Source of the DNA: Rhodomicrobium sp.
GTDB taxonomy: Bacteria > Pseudomonadota > Alphaproteobacteria > Rhizobiales > HXMU1428-3
Length of the DNA: 64,000 bases
NCBI GenBank assembly: GCA_021604665.1
Contig: BQJK01000001.1
Span: 956,419-1,020,418, forward strand
Direction of reading: 5' to 3'
The position numbers and the translations under genes were made by a program. This document shows, piece by piece, positions 1-10,967 of the stretch (positions are counted from its first letter, which is position 1; each line of letters opens with the position of its first letter). The notes below the pieces were generated by a model. That model ran no database searches, was not told the DNA's origin, and saw only the letters and a program-made list of their open reading frames with translations.

Positions 1-19
1 GCGGGTCTATCGAAGCCAT
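1..19 (-). CDS. Probable 5' end of a gene running off the left edge (MASIDP...)
   Basis: ATG at 19-17 on the minus strand, preceded by AAGGAA; only 6 codons visible. Confidence 0.3.
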
Positions 20-389
20 AATATTCCTTAATTTCCCGGTCCGTAATTCTCGACTTAACAAGCAGAGAGTGGCCGTCTTTTTATAGATTTTTGTCTGGCC
101 CTTTCAATAGGACCGCCTATTACGCTTGCTCGTGACAAGTTCGAGAGTGTCAATCCTTGCCCTGAGTCGCAAGGGCGCGTCAGGTCTGTCCACGTTAATT
201 TTGATTAAAATAAAAGGTGGAAATCAGGCAAAATGATTTTTGTGATTCTCGCCTGTTGATAAGCCAGAATAGCCACAGAACAGCTTATTGACAGCCTCTC
301 GAAACAGAGGGGGAGAATCTATAAAACTCACCACTGGCTTAAAACCAGCGTGTCACACGGCGCGGCCAGATCAGCAAAACGCCAAGCTA

Positions 390-635
390 CTAAACAAATA
401 GCGCCCGAATATCACTGGCAAAAAGCGCGATAAGGATCCCGGCGATGAAATAAATCACATCCCCCATCAGCCCATATTTAAAACGATAGGAAAGCGGCGG
501 ATGAAACGCATGCTCAAGGCTTTTATGGAAAGAGAGTGATTTATAAGTTGTATAGCTAAAACTCATAATCATCTGAATAATTTTGAGCCCTAAAAACAAC
601 CCAACAAACATCAGAACATCCCAGATAACAGACAT
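390..635 (-). CDS. Small hypothetical membrane protein (81 aa, two hydrophobic segments)
   Basis: ATG at 635 has GGAG 6 nt upstream; hydrophobic N- and C-terminal stretches (MSVIWDVLMFVGLFLGL..., VIYFIAGILIALFA). Confidence 0.6.
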   Translation of the reverse strand: MSVIWDVLMFVGLFLGLKIIQMIMSFSYTTYKSLSFHKSLEHAFHPPLSYRFKYGLMGDVIYFIAGILIALFASDIRALFV

Positions 636-791
636 ACCCACTCCATCACTTTGTATAAAACTAAAATCTAACGACCCCGCAGCGGGGCAAATGCCCAAAT
701 CAGCAGGTTAGCGCACTATACCTCTCTTTATTCCAGCCATGCCGCAAATTTCTGACTTGTATATTAACAAACAAGCTGCTACCTCGCCCGG

Positions 792-2210
792 ATGAGCAAA
801 AACACCCCCATACATATCATCGGCGGCGGCCTTGCAGGCTCCGAGGCCGCGTTCCAGGTTGCAGAAGCTGGCGTCCCGGTAATCCTGCATGAAATGCGCC
901 CCACTGTAAAAACAGACGCCCACCACACGGAAGGGTTGGCAGAGCTTGTCTGCTCAAATTCCTTCCGTTCTGATGATTGGGAAAATAACGCCGTTGGCTT
1001 GCTGCATCAAGAAATGCGCACTATGAACTCGCTCATTATGGCCGCCGGAGATAAGCATAAACTCCCCGCGGGCGGCGCTCTCGCCGTCGATAGAGACCAT
1101 TTCTCAGACGAAGTCACAAAAACTCTTGAAGCTCACCCCAACGTCACCATTGAACGCGGTGAAATAGCCGGCCTCCCGCCAGAGGATTGGGACAATGTCA
1201 TCATCGCAACCGGCCCTTTAACCTCCCCCGCCTTAAGTGACGCCATAAGAGAGCTGACCGGCGCTGAAAACCTCGCCTTCTTTGATGCCATCGCCCCCAT
1301 CATCCACAAAGAGAGCATCGACTTTGAGAAAGTCTGGATGCAATCCCGTTATGATAAAGTCGGCCCCGGTGGTACTGGCGCTGATTACATCAACTGCGCT
1401 ATGGATGAAGCTGAATATAACGCTTTCATTGATGCGCTGTTGGCTGGCGAAAAAACAGATTTTAAAGACTGGGAGAAAAACACGCCCTATTTTGATGGCT
1501 GCCTCCCCATTGAGGTGATGGCAGAACGCGGGCGCGAAACGCTGCGCTTTGGCCCCATGAAACCTGTTGGCCTCACCAACCCACACAAGCCAGAAAAACC
1601 CCACGCCGTCATACAATTGCGCCAGGATAACGCCCTCGGCACCCTCTGGAACATGGTTGGCTTCCAAACCAAACTGAAATATGGCGCTCAGAGCGATATT
1701 TTCCGCATGATCCCAGGTCTGGAAAAAGCCGTCTTCGCCCGGCTTGGCGGCCTGCATCGCAACAGCTTCCTGAACAGCCCTGAAGTGCTAACGGCAGATC
1801 TTCGCCTTAAGGCCGCACCAAGGCTGCGTTTTGCCGGTCAGGTCACCGGTGTTGAAGGCTATGTTGAAAGCGCAGCCATTGGGCTTATCGCCGGCAGGCT
1901 CGCAGCAGCTGACAAGCTCGGCCTCCCGGTAACGCCGCCCCCAGCAGAAACAGCCCACGGCGCTCTGATCAATCATATAACAGGCGGGCATATCGCCTCA
2001 GACTATAGCGGCGGCATCAAAAGCTTCCAGCCAATGAACATCAATTTCGGCCTGATACCACCAGTGTCAGAAGTGCCAAAAACAGAAGATGGCAAACGCC
2101 TGCGCGGCAAAGAAAAATCCCGCGCCAAAAAGCGCGTCATGTCCCGCCGCGCCCTGGAAGCCATAAAGCAATGGCAACAAACCTGGCAATCAGCGCTCGC
2201 CTCTGCTTAA
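792..2210 (+). CDS. trmFO: FAD/folate-dependent tRNA (uracil-5-)-methyltransferase TrmFO (Gid)
   Basis: [13 protein letters not shown] motif, [41 protein letters not shown]. Confidence 0.97.
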   Translation: MSKNTPIHIIGGGLAGSEAAFQVAEAGVPVILHEMRPTVKTDAHHTEGLAELVCSNSFRSDDWENNAVGLLHQEMRTMNSLIMAAGDKHKLPAGGALAVDRDHFSDEVTKTLEAHPNVTIERGEIAGLPPEDWDNVIIATGPLTSPALSDAIRELTGAENLAFFDAIAPIIHKESIDFEKVWMQSRYDKVGPGGTGADYINCAMDEAEYNAFIDALLAGEKTDFKDWEKNTPYFDGCLPIEVMAERGRETLRFGPMKPVGLTNPHKPEKPHAVIQLRQDNALGTLWNMVGFQTKLKYGAQSDIFRMIPGLEKAVFARLGGLHRNSFLNSPEVLTADLRLKAAPRLRFAGQVTGVEGYVESAAIGLIAGRLAAADKLGLPVTPPPAETAHGALINHITGGHIASDYSGGIKSFQPMNINFGLIPPVSEVPKTEDGKRLRGKEKSRAKKRVMSRRALEAIKQWQQTWQSALASA

Positions 2211-2264
2211 AGCCAGGCTCAGCGCTTGTGCAGACACCAGCCTTACGAAAAAATCAGCCCAAAA

Positions 2265-4208
2265 CTATTCCGGTAAAAATAACCAGAAGCGTAACCCTGT
2301 GATGCTAAATTCAACATCACCCTTATTTTGTTTGCTCTTGTCTTGGTCGCTCTTGTCTGAATAAGAGAGAGACGTGATATAAAGCTTCGCCTCACCAGTC
2401 GCAGACTTTAACACCATTACCTCCTCAGCCTCTATCGAGCTTTTGGCAATACTATCAAAACGGCGGGCATATGTTTCAAGCGCCGCCATAGGAAAGCGCC
2501 CAATAACAGCCGCCCCCTGCCGTGCAACAAATTCTCTATCTTCCAAAGCAAACACCAGCGCAGCTTTGTCAGCATCTGCTAGTGTTTTTCCTTTAACAAC
2601 AGTTGGTTGAGAGTTTTGCGGTAAGGATGATTGCGCCAGGTCCTGAGCCACCTGCGGCTTATGTATAGGTTGATATATTGGCCCATGAAGCTTACCGCCA
2701 GCTATAAACTCAAGATTATAAGGTGCCTTTACCCTCAACGTGTGGGATTTAACGCGCGGTGCTTCAATAGCTCTTGTTTTTCGCCCCGTTATGGCTTCAC
2801 TCAGCGCCAGATACACCCGGCTACGCCGCCCATCAAACCGCCCCTCTTCTTTCATCTCTGCCTTAAGCTCTTTGCGGGCATCACCAGGCAAAAGATCAAT
2901 CAACCCCTCAGCCCGCTCTCGGTCACGAAAGTAAGCCAGCGTACTGCGTGTATCACTAACAAGCTGGCCATTCGCCGGGTCATTGCGCGGCGGCAGGGAT
3001 TTACTAATCACGCCCTTATTCAGTAAGCCCAATTCACCAAGCTGCACCATCAGCCGCTCTTTCTGCCACTTCGTTGAAACCGCCTCCGCCCCCCACGGGC
3101 CAAATGAGGAGATGAATATAATAAACGCTGCCAACACTGAGATAAGCCGAAGGTCAAACTCCCCCCTCAGCGCCAGCGCTTCATCACCCCGGCGGCCAAA
3201 ATATTTCACATAAAACCCATAAGCGATTAAAACCGCGGCCCAGATAAACAGCCCCGCCAGATAAAATCTCATCGGCGTCATGCCATAATGAGCAACCCGC
3301 AAATAATGCGCCGCCCCAACCATAAGCAGAGGCACCAGCAGAAACCACATCCAGTATGAAACGAAAAATTTAACCAGCGGCCCACTAACCCGCCTTGTCG
3401 GATAGGCCATCAAATAAGTGCCCACACCGCCGATCATCAACAGCAACCCATACCAGCCAATCTGGCCAGATGGCAGTGCCCCTTCCAGCAGCACTTTAAC
3501 CGCGAGCCCATGCAGCAAGGCCGCAAAGAGAAAGAAAAACGGCACAAATACATATTTCACAAACAGTGCCGTGACCCGAGAGGTAAACTCAACCGGCTCC
3601 CCCTCAACAACAGGCTCGGTTAAGGAGCGTGGGAGGATAGAAAGCCAGAACAAAGGCCCAACCAGGAACAATGAAACGATGAAAGAATATTGATAAGCCT
3701 TTTTAATCTGATCATCGAACAGCATGCCATAAGCCGCTATTAACAACGCGACCAATGCCGCAATCAGCAGACCACCAAGCCCGGCAATCACCAGGCTGAA
3801 CCAATATGTATGATTAAACTGCCAATAGCTGCGGTTATCCGGCGGGAGATTAAGATAGGCAAAAGAACTCGCGGCCAACACAGCCGCCACTGGCATCATC
3901 ACCGGCGTCAGGGCAATCTCCCCGCCAAAATAAAATAACGCCAAAATAATAAGGCTAACAAGAAAACTAAGCACAACACCGCTCATCAGCCCCCAGCTCC
4001 GCCGCTCAGCAAACAGGCTAGCGCCAACACTGGCGAAAAACATCGCCAATAGTCCCATCGCCCACATCACCACATCAACATTTTCCGCCGCGCCATAAAG
4101 CAGATACCCGGTCAGAACAACAGAAAGCAGCGCCGCCACCGGGAACCTAAGTAGAACCTCACGCACATTCGGCATCACCGCCGCAAAGCTTTGTGATAAA
4201 CCATCCAT
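2265..4208 (-). CDS. Polytopic membrane protein, DUF4153-like
   Basis: About 10 hydrophobic segments, RVAHYGMTPMRF and FGPWGAEAVSTKWQ motifs, C-terminal soluble domain. Confidence 0.75.
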   Translation of the reverse strand: MDGLSQSFAAVMPNVREVLLRFPVAALLSVVLTGYLLYGAAENVDVVMWAMGLLAMFFASVGASLFAERRSWGLMSGVVLSFLVSLIILALFYFGGEIALTPVMMPVAAVLAASSFAYLNLPPDNRSYWQFNHTYWFSLVIAGLGGLLIAALVALLIAAYGMLFDDQIKKAYQYSFIVSLFLVGPLFWLSILPRSLTEPVVEGEPVEFTSRVTALFVKYVFVPFFFLFAALLHGLAVKVLLEGALPSGQIGWYGLLLMIGGVGTYLMAYPTRRVSGPLVKFFVSYWMWFLLVPLLMVGAAHYLRVAHYGMTPMRFYLAGLFIWAAVLIAYGFYVKYFGRRGDEALALRGEFDLRLISVLAAFIIFISSFGPWGAEAVSTKWQKERLMVQLGELGLLNKGVISKSLPPRNDPANGQLVSDTRSTLAYFRDRERAEGLIDLLPGDARKELKAEMKEEGRFDGRRSRVYLALSEAITGRKTRAIEAPRVKSHTLRVKAPYNLEFIAGGKLHGPIYQPIHKPQVAQDLAQSSLPQNSQPTVVKGKTLADADKAALVFALEDREFVARQGAAVIGRFPMAALETYARRFDSIAKSSIEAEEVMVLKSATGEAKLYITSLSYSDKSDQDKSKQNKGDVEFSITGLRFWLFLPE

Positions 4209-4277
4209 TTATACTCTCTCCCCGTCATGCTGCCGCAGCGCACGCACAACCCTATCTAATGTCCGGCGTTATCAAAG

Positions 4278-6173
4278 CTAGCGGCGGTATTTAGCAAGCA
4301 CTTTTTCAGCTTTCTCAACCACCGCATCCGCAATCACCGCCTGCCCCTCAGCAGTCGGGTGAAACGCACCAGAATAAGTGCCCGCGATTAAAACCTGCAA
4401 TTGGCTAAAGCCTTTGATCTTGAAAATATTACGAATTACCGGCCCTGACAAATGTAAATGACCAGTTAGATACGCATCATTCGGTGTCCTGAACCATCGA
4501 GAACGGCTGGCATATGGTGCGTAATCTGCAGGGTTAAACGGATCCCATTTCTCCCCATCCCAAAATGGTAAGTGTAAATTCTCAGCAAGATCAGATTTGC
4601 GCGCCGCATCAATAGCGCAAAGCCCATGGCTGGAAAATGCCCGCCGGTGGCTGTCAACATAACTCCAATGGTAAAGATCAGCCGTCCGCTTCATAATCAC
4701 ATTCAACCTGTCAGCAAACTTCTCCGCCCGCCGAGCCCTCACAGAAGAAAGTGAGAACACAGGGGAAACCGTCATCCCAAGGTCCCCATTGTCACAAATC
4801 CGCCGCCCCTCATCACGAAACGACATATTCGGGTAAGAGGTCAGCAATATCCTGTCCGCCTCATTCCACGGAATGTGCAACACATTATGCAGCGCCCGCC
4901 GCAAAGCCTTGAAACGCGGCTTCAATTCTTTCAAATTATCCCGCGCCTGAACGGCATTAAGAATGCGCCCCATCCAACCACCAACCATTTTCAGGTTTAC
5001 AGTGTCCTTCACAATCACATTCGCAACCAGTGATGAAAACCCCACATCATTACCGCCAATAGACAGCATCAGCAGGTCAATCTTACGAGCGATCTTTCTC
5101 GGGCAGTTCAAAATGGGAAGGTCGTTCAAAATCTCCAACCGGTTATCAACCCCAAAAGCTCTGGCATAGTGTCTCTTACGCGCAGCTTTCGCCCCGCACT
5201 GCGCTTTAGCAACAGCACTAATCTGCGAGAGGCGGGGCGGGCTTAGCGACCATTCATTGCCCTTAAACCTGAGAAACAAACCATGGGTAATCTCAGCCCC
5301 GGCGCAGGCAAAGCCAACAAAGGTCACCGCCCGTTGCGGGTTGTTCAGCGCCAATTGCAAGCTGGCCCGCATCTGGTGCGAATAAAGCGAGCGATGGCAA
5401 GACTGCCCCATCCATAAGGCTTTGCCAGCCATAAAGCGATTATCACCAACAACCCTCCAGTCACCGGCCCGGGTTGGATAGGCCCGCCCGGCTTTTTTGT
5501 CATGTATAGTCGGTCCGTAAACCACAAATCGCTTGCGATCAAATCTCACTGGTACATCAGGGTTCCCCTCACCAGAGGCAAAGCTATCCCCCATCCCCAC
5601 GACCAGAATGTCCTCAACCTTAATAATTTTCTGAATTTGCGTGCCATCGGAAATATCAAGGTTCAACCGCGCCCCTTGAGGATATGGCACATGAAACGCC
5701 GCCACCTGATCACAGGGCAGGTTAACTGGTGTCGCAAGCGCTTTGATGCCATCAATCTCTGTCATCGTCCAACGGCAGCTTTTGCTAAGCCGCTCCGTCA
5801 GCGCTGCGCCATCAAGATGCACCCGAACAAGATGAGATTTCGGGTTGATATAATCGCCTTGAGATTTTCCGCAATTGCTATAAGCCCCCTTCTGTCTCGA
5901 CCAGCAGGTACGATCGAGCAAGTCTTGAGCCCAGCCAAATGGCAAATGAGATGACAGCCGCCGCTCACTGTTAAGCACAGGAGCAAGCCGCTCCACTGCA
6001 GTTAGCTGTTTATGAACAAGATGGTGAAATCTAAATATCTCATCATCCTTGAACAGCCTGAAAGGGTTGCTCAAAGCCCATTTAATTTCTAATGCTGATT
6101 GCGCAAAAACTGTTGATGGAGAAAGAAAAAAGAACAGCAAAGTCAAAGTCAACAAAAGGCGGGAAAGCTGCAT
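4278..6173 (-). CDS. Secreted SGNH/GDSL-type hydrolase with N-terminal extension
   Basis: Signal peptide; block I GMGDSFASGEG, block II FACAGAE, block III SIGGNDVGF, block V AFHPT. Confidence 0.8.
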   Translation of the reverse strand: MQLSRLLLTLTLLFFFLSPSTVFAQSALEIKWALSNPFRLFKDDEIFRFHHLVHKQLTAVERLAPVLNSERRLSSHLPFGWAQDLLDRTCWSRQKGAYSNCGKSQGDYINPKSHLVRVHLDGAALTERLSKSCRWTMTEIDGIKALATPVNLPCDQVAAFHVPYPQGARLNLDISDGTQIQKIIKVEDILVVGMGDSFASGEGNPDVPVRFDRKRFVVYGPTIHDKKAGRAYPTRAGDWRVVGDNRFMAGKALWMGQSCHRSLYSHQMRASLQLALNNPQRAVTFVGFACAGAEITHGLFLRFKGNEWSLSPPRLSQISAVAKAQCGAKAARKRHYARAFGVDNRLEILNDLPILNCPRKIARKIDLLMLSIGGNDVGFSSLVANVIVKDTVNLKMVGGWMGRILNAVQARDNLKELKPRFKALRRALHNVLHIPWNEADRILLTSYPNMSFRDEGRRICDNGDLGMTVSPVFSLSSVRARRAEKFADRLNVIMKRTADLYHWSYVDSHRRAFSSHGLCAIDAARKSDLAENLHLPFWDGEKWDPFNPADYAPYASRSRWFRTPNDAYLTGHLHLSGPVIRNIFKIKGFSQLQVLIAGTYSGAFHPTAEGQAVIADAVVEKAEKVLAKYRR

Positions 6174-6294
6174 ACCAAAACCCTCTAGGTATAGTGCTAA
6201 TAAATCTGAGCTTTAATTCAAGATTATGGCACCCCCAAGATATACGCCCTTACGAACAAAAGCTAAAAGCAAAACAAGAGGGTTCACGCCCCGA

Positions 6295-7158
6295 TTAAAC
6301 AGTACCACGAAGCAGGGTCATATAAATTCGCAGCGGATTAAGCGACGAAATAATTGGCCGTGCAAGACGCCGATCTTCAATTGCAGTTTTAAGTAAGGCT
6401 GGCACGATCATCCAACAAGAGAAATACACGCGCTGTTTTTTCTTCACCATACCAAGCCTGGCCTTAATATCCCAGCTAATCACCACCCCGCCATCAGCAA
6501 TTGCATAGAGCGCTTTGCCAATCCGCACAGCAATCTCAGGAGAAGGCGCATCGCTGGTCATAAAATCCTGATGTGTCAACCCATGAGCAGACAGCATATC
6601 AACCGGCAGTGGCTGCATCCCGGCTTGTAAAGTCAAAGGCAATTGAGCAATCGCAGCTGTTACCCCAATCGACATACCCGCCTCACTCGCCAATAAAACT
6701 GTTTGCGGCGTGGAACATCCCGTGATGAGCAAAGCCGCCCGCAACAATCCTCCATAGCGCTGGTCCTGTATTTCAAAAAATGTCGCCATATCTGGCACTG
6801 GCGTTTTTTGAATATCAAACCTGAAACTATCAATAATCCCAGTCATGGCACCGCGCAGCAACGGGCCCCGCTCCGCCAAACAATCCCCAAGCCCATCAGC
6901 AACCGGGTGACCAACCCGTTCACCGCGCTCAAGTTTCACAAGGCCATCCCGCCACCATTGCATCCTGATCTCACCCAGCAGCGGTTCATCACTTTTAAAG
7001 GGGATTTGAGCAACTTCATGAAAAAAACCATAGAGCCAGTAAAGCTCGTCGCGTGTCTCTTTAGGTGAAAACCGCACAGATAAATAAGAGGCATAATCAA
7101 GCCGACGAAGCCGCTTCACTACAGCCTCAAGTTCTGAAAGCTCTTCCCGCTTTGCCAT
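6295..7158 (-). CDS. Squalene/phytoene synthase family protein (NDUFAF6-like complex I assembly factor)
   Basis: LYGFFHEVAQIP...EPLLGEIRMQWWRD...GHPVAD; conserved position downstream of the Mth938 gene and secDF. Confidence 0.85.
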   Translation of the reverse strand: MAKREELSELEAVVKRLRRLDYASYLSVRFSPKETRDELYWLYGFFHEVAQIPFKSDEPLLGEIRMQWWRDGLVKLERGERVGHPVADGLGDCLAERGPLLRGAMTGIIDSFRFDIQKTPVPDMATFFEIQDQRYGGLLRAALLITGCSTPQTVLLASEAGMSIGVTAAIAQLPLTLQAGMQPLPVDMLSAHGLTHQDFMTSDAPSPEIAVRIGKALYAIADGGVVISWDIKARLGMVKKKQRVYFSCWMIVPALLKTAIEDRRLARPIISSLNPLRIYMTLLRGTV

Positions 7159-7298
7159 CTTCAATACCCTCAGCTATAGCCAGAAATTAAAAAGAACCAC
7201 CGCAAACATGCTTATTACAGCATGCGCAGCTTATATACCAAAACGGGAAATCCTGAATGAGAGAACGACCTCGCAAATCGATGTCAGGCAGGGTGCGC

Positions 7299-7673
7299 TC
7301 ACTCAACAGCAAGCAAAGCCGCCGCCACTTTTCGCCCCTCAGCAATCAAAACATTATAGGTGCGAGCAGCAGCCCCAGTGTCCATCACCTCAAGCCCAAT
7401 GCCCGCTTCATAAAATGCCGCCTTCATATCCGAATGGGGAAAGCGCTGCTCATCACCTGTGCCAAAAAGTAAAAATTCCGTCTCACCGATTTCATCGAAT
7501 AAAAGTTGAAACGCCGCCAGGTCAACATCTTCAAAACTCTTATAGTCCCAGCCATAAATGCCGCTTTGCAAAATCAACAACGATCCCTTATGGCTCATCT
7601 CCCCAAAGCGGAAGCCGCCATTACCATAGGATTCCAATTCAATCGCTTCCGGAAAAAAGGCCTCTGCTTTCAT
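7299..7673 (-). CDS. Mth938-like domain protein (NDUFAF3-like)
   Basis: IESYGNGGFRF, LLFGTG, EVMDTGAAARTYNVLIAEGRKVAAAL; start moved to ATG 7673 because the longer ORF crosses the secF terminator. Confidence 0.92.
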   Translation of the reverse strand: MKAEAFFPEAIELESYGNGGFRFGEMSHKGSLLILQSGIYGWDYKSFEDVDLAAFQLLFDEIGETEFLLFGTGDEQRFPHSDMKAAFYEAGIGLEVMDTGAAARTYNVLIAEGRKVAAALLAVE

Positions 7674-7710
7674 GATTATTCTTCGTCTCTCTATATGTGC
7701 CAATAAGAAA

Positions 7711-7737
7711 AAAGGGCGCTTCAACTGAGCGCCCTTT
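7711..7737 (-). terminator. Intrinsic terminator after secF
   Basis: AAAGGGCGCT-N7-AGCGCCCTTT hairpin followed by a T-run on the minus strand. Confidence 0.75.
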
Positions 7738-7794
7738 ATCATAATGAATATAAATGGCTATGCCCTCACCTGAATAGAGAGGCAAAGCGGCGCA

Positions 7795-8739
7795 TCAGGC
7801 CTGGCCTGGTTCTTTAAATTTAGCACCGCCAAGGCCGCTCCAGTCCCGCTTGACACCAAGCATTAACAGAACAGGCGAAGCAATAAAGATAGATGAGTAA
7901 GTACCCACCACAACACCCCAGATCATCGCAAACACAAAGCCGCGAATAACCTCACCACCAAAGAAGAACAGCGCAAATAATGCAATCAATGTGGTAACAG
8001 ATGTCAGGATCGTGCGGGACAAAGTCTCATTAATAGAAACATCCAAAAGACTGGAAAGTTCCATCTTCTTAAATTTCCGCAAATTCTCCCGCACCCGGTC
8101 ATAAACAACCACAGTATCATTGAGGGAGTAACCAACAATGGTCAACAAAGCCGCAATGATAGAGAGCGTAAATTCAAGTTGTAGCAACGAGAATATGCCA
8201 ATTGTCAGCACCACGTCATGCACCAGCGCGATCACAGCACCAAGTGAGAACTGCCATTCAAACCGCAGCCAGATATAAATCAACACAACAATAATCGCGC
8301 TCAAAACCGCAATCATACCGGCTTGTGTCAGCTCCTCAGAAACAGTCGGCCCGATAACTTCAGTGTTACGGAACTCATAGTCATCCCCCAAGGATTTACG
8401 GATCTGGTCAAGAGCAACCTGGTTAGATTCTTCACCGCCTTCTTGCAGCTCAATGCGTACAAGCACATCACGCGGGTCATTAAACTGCTGCACCTGAACA
8501 TCACCAAACCCAAGCGCGCCAACTTTAGCGCGAATATCACCAATGTCAGCCGGCCCGCCTTTATGGCGCACTTCAATAGAAGTACCACCAATAAAGTCGA
8601 TACCGTAATTAAGCCCCTTCATCGAAAACAGCGTGATCGACGCGATAATAGCAAGCCCAGATAGGGCAAAGGCTATCATCCGCATTGAAAGGAACGGAAT
8701 TTTCGTACCGCGAGGGATAAAATCAATACCTTTTAACAT
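7795..8739 (-). CDS. secF: Protein translocase subunit SecF
   Basis: GLNYGIDFIGGT, EVIGPTVSEEL, GYSLNDTVVVYDRVREN, INETLSRT. Confidence 0.97.
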   Translation of the reverse strand: MLKGIDFIPRGTKIPFLSMRMIAFALSGLAIIASITLFSMKGLNYGIDFIGGTSIEVRHKGGPADIGDIRAKVGALGFGDVQVQQFNDPRDVLVRIELQEGGEESNQVALDQIRKSLGDDYEFRNTEVIGPTVSEELTQAGMIAVLSAIIVVLIYIWLRFEWQFSLGAVIALVHDVVLTIGIFSLLQLEFTLSIIAALLTIVGYSLNDTVVVYDRVRENLRKFKKMELSSLLDVSINETLSRTILTSVTTLIALFALFFFGGEVIRGFVFAMIWGVVVGTYSSIFIASPVLLMLGVKRDWSGLGGAKFKEPGQA

Positions 8740-8750
8740 AATTTTCTCCC

Positions 8751-10388
8751 TTATATTGGCATTTCAACTTTACTGGACCGCTTGGAGCGCAACCACCAGG
8801 CAATCAACCAACGGGTTAAGACAAAGGCAGTAAACACCGAAGTGAACACACCAATTGAAAGTGTCACGGCAAAACCGCTAACCGGGCCAGAGCCAAGCCA
8901 GAACAGAATGATCGCCGCAAGAAATGTCGTGATGTTGGCATCAAGAATGGTAGAGAGCGCCCGTGAATAACCAGATTCAATCGCACTGATTGCGGTCTTC
9001 CCTGCTCTAAGCTCTTCTCTGATACGCTCAAAAATCAGCACATTCGCATCAACCGCCATACCCATCGTCAAAACAATACCGGCAATGCCCGGCAGGGTAA
9101 GTGTTGCTTGCAATAGTGAAAGTGCACCAATGATCATCGCAATGTTAATCACCAGGGCGATATTGGCATAAATTCCAAACCGGCCATAAGCCACCAGAAT
9201 AAAGATAATCACCCCAACCAAACCGATCATGGCCGCAAGTTTACCAGCAGCGATACTATCAGCACCAAGGCTCGCATCAACGGTGCGCTCCTCTAGAATA
9301 GTCAGCGGCGCTTCCAGTGAACCTGAGCGCAATAGAAGCGCTAAATCATCAGCACTGGAGACTGTAAAGTTACCAGAGATTTCACCAGAGCCACCAGTGA
9401 TCGGCTCATTTATGGTTGGCGCTGAAATCACCTTGCCATCAAGCACAATGGCAAAAGGCCGGCCAACATTATTGGTTGTTACATCACCAAACCGCACAGC
9501 ACCGCGTGTGTTGAGACGGAACGTGACAACAGGCCGGTTCGTTGAAGGGCTTTGCCCGCGCTGCGCATTGGCAAGGTCGGCACCCGTTAATAATGGTTCA
9601 TCATCAATCACATAATGTGAGGAATATTGGTCAAGTGACGGGAGTATAGTTGTCCCCGGCTCCACCAAACCATCTTCAGCCTCTTTAGCTGTTGCGGGCC
9701 TTACAACCAGATGAAAAGACAGCACGGCAGCTTGTTTAACAACAGTTTTAAGCTTCTCAGGGTTATCATAACCCGGCACTTGCAATAGAATGCGATCCTC
9801 GCCCTGGCGTTGAATGCTTGGCTCAGTTGTACCAAGCGCGTCAACCCGGCGGCGCACAACTTCAATGGCACTATCAATCGTTGTGCCAACACGCTGCGTA
9901 ATGGCAGCATCCGTCATCCGCACAACAATGCGTCCATCATCTTCTTTTTCAACCGTGAGGTTATTACCTGATGAAGTGCCAAAACTAGTGGCCGGCAACG
10001 GTTCAACAAGAGTTTTCACACGCTGAAAAGCTTTATCAAGCTCAGCTGGTTCACTAGGGCGGAATTCAACTCTATCCTGGCGAACAGAAAGGTTTTTATA
10101 ACGAATAGCGCTATCATTACCTGTTCCATCTCTTTTGCCACGCAAAACACTCCGCACAGAACCGCGTAATATTTTCAGCTGTTTTTCGAGAAGAACATTC
10201 TTATCCATCTGCAATAGCAGATGAGAGCCACCCCTAAGGTCAAGGCCAAGATTAAGACGTAGATTCTGCACAAATTGCGGATAAGAGGATAAACTCTTCT
10301 CCGGGATCAGGTTCGGCAATGCGCAAAAAACGCCAAGCAGCGCGATCCCCCAAATTGTGAAACTTTTCCATTTTGAAAAATGCAACAT
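8751..10388 (-). CDS. secD: Protein translocase subunit SecD
   Basis: LNLGLDLRGG, RRRVDALGTTEPSIQRQG, GMAVDANVLIFERIREE, TILDANITT. Confidence 0.97.
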   Translation of the reverse strand: MLHFSKWKSFTIWGIALLGVFCALPNLIPEKSLSSYPQFVQNLRLNLGLDLRGGSHLLLQMDKNVLLEKQLKILRGSVRSVLRGKRDGTGNDSAIRYKNLSVRQDRVEFRPSEPAELDKAFQRVKTLVEPLPATSFGTSSGNNLTVEKEDDGRIVVRMTDAAITQRVGTTIDSAIEVVRRRVDALGTTEPSIQRQGEDRILLQVPGYDNPEKLKTVVKQAAVLSFHLVVRPATAKEAEDGLVEPGTTILPSLDQYSSHYVIDDEPLLTGADLANAQRGQSPSTNRPVVTFRLNTRGAVRFGDVTTNNVGRPFAIVLDGKVISAPTINEPITGGSGEISGNFTVSSADDLALLLRSGSLEAPLTILEERTVDASLGADSIAAGKLAAMIGLVGVIIFILVAYGRFGIYANIALVINIAMIIGALSLLQATLTLPGIAGIVLTMGMAVDANVLIFERIREELRAGKTAISAIESGYSRALSTILDANITTFLAAIILFWLGSGPVSGFAVTLSIGVFTSVFTAFVLTRWLIAWWLRSKRSSKVEMPI

Positions 10389-10458
10389 GGAAAGGGCCTT
10401 TCCCACCAACAAACGCCAAGGGGCCGCAAAACGACCCCGGACGCAGATAAATTTCTAG

Positions 10459-10791
10459 TTATTTTTCTTCAACCGGTTCGGTTTTGGTCCGCAATGTCGC
10501 CACAGCGCCCCGTGCGATACGAACCCGAACTCCATCAGCAATTTCGACCTGGAACTCTTGTTCATCAACCACTTTGGTGACTTTCCCGATCAGGCCACCA
10601 TTGGTGACAATCGTGTCACCCCGGCGCAAATTACCGAGCATTTCTTTATGCTTTTTGACTTGAGCCTGTTGAGGACGGATAATGAGGAAATACCAAATAG
10701 CAATGAGAGCGATAAAAAGAAACGCGGTTCCCATAATATCAGCGCCACCGCCACCACTTGATGATTGTGCAAATGCAGGCGTAATTAGCAT
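10459..10791 (-). CDS. yajC: Preprotein translocase subunit YajC
   Basis: MLITPAFAQ start, YFLIIRPQQ, LRRGDTIVTNGGLIG; position upstream of secD. Confidence 0.96.
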   Translation of the reverse strand: MLITPAFAQSSSGGGGADIMGTAFLFIALIAIWYFLIIRPQQAQVKKHKEMLGNLRRGDTIVTNGGLIGKVTKVVDEQEFQVEIADGVRVRIARGAVATLRTKTEPVEEK

Positions 10792-10967
10792 AGATTTCAA
10801 TCCCTTATCCATTAACAACAAACAGCCGAGCACCCCAGGCGCCGCGTCTGACAAAGGGAATATAGCCTCTTGTGCCTTCTTTGCAAGCCATCCTGTCGTC
10901 AACTCTTGCGAAATGACACAAAATAAGCCTCAAATCACTGAACATAATAAACGAAAAGCCCAAACCT

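Noticed and set aside
60-210. Riboswitch (SAM-II-like CCACGTTAA) at the left edge
   Set aside because: Only a short word matches, the rest of the consensus is absent, and it is on the wrong strand for the adjacent gene start.
6295-7673. NDUFAF3/NDUFAF6 homologues next to secDF as a novel system
   Set aside because: This clustering is already known as conserved alphaproteobacterial synteny.
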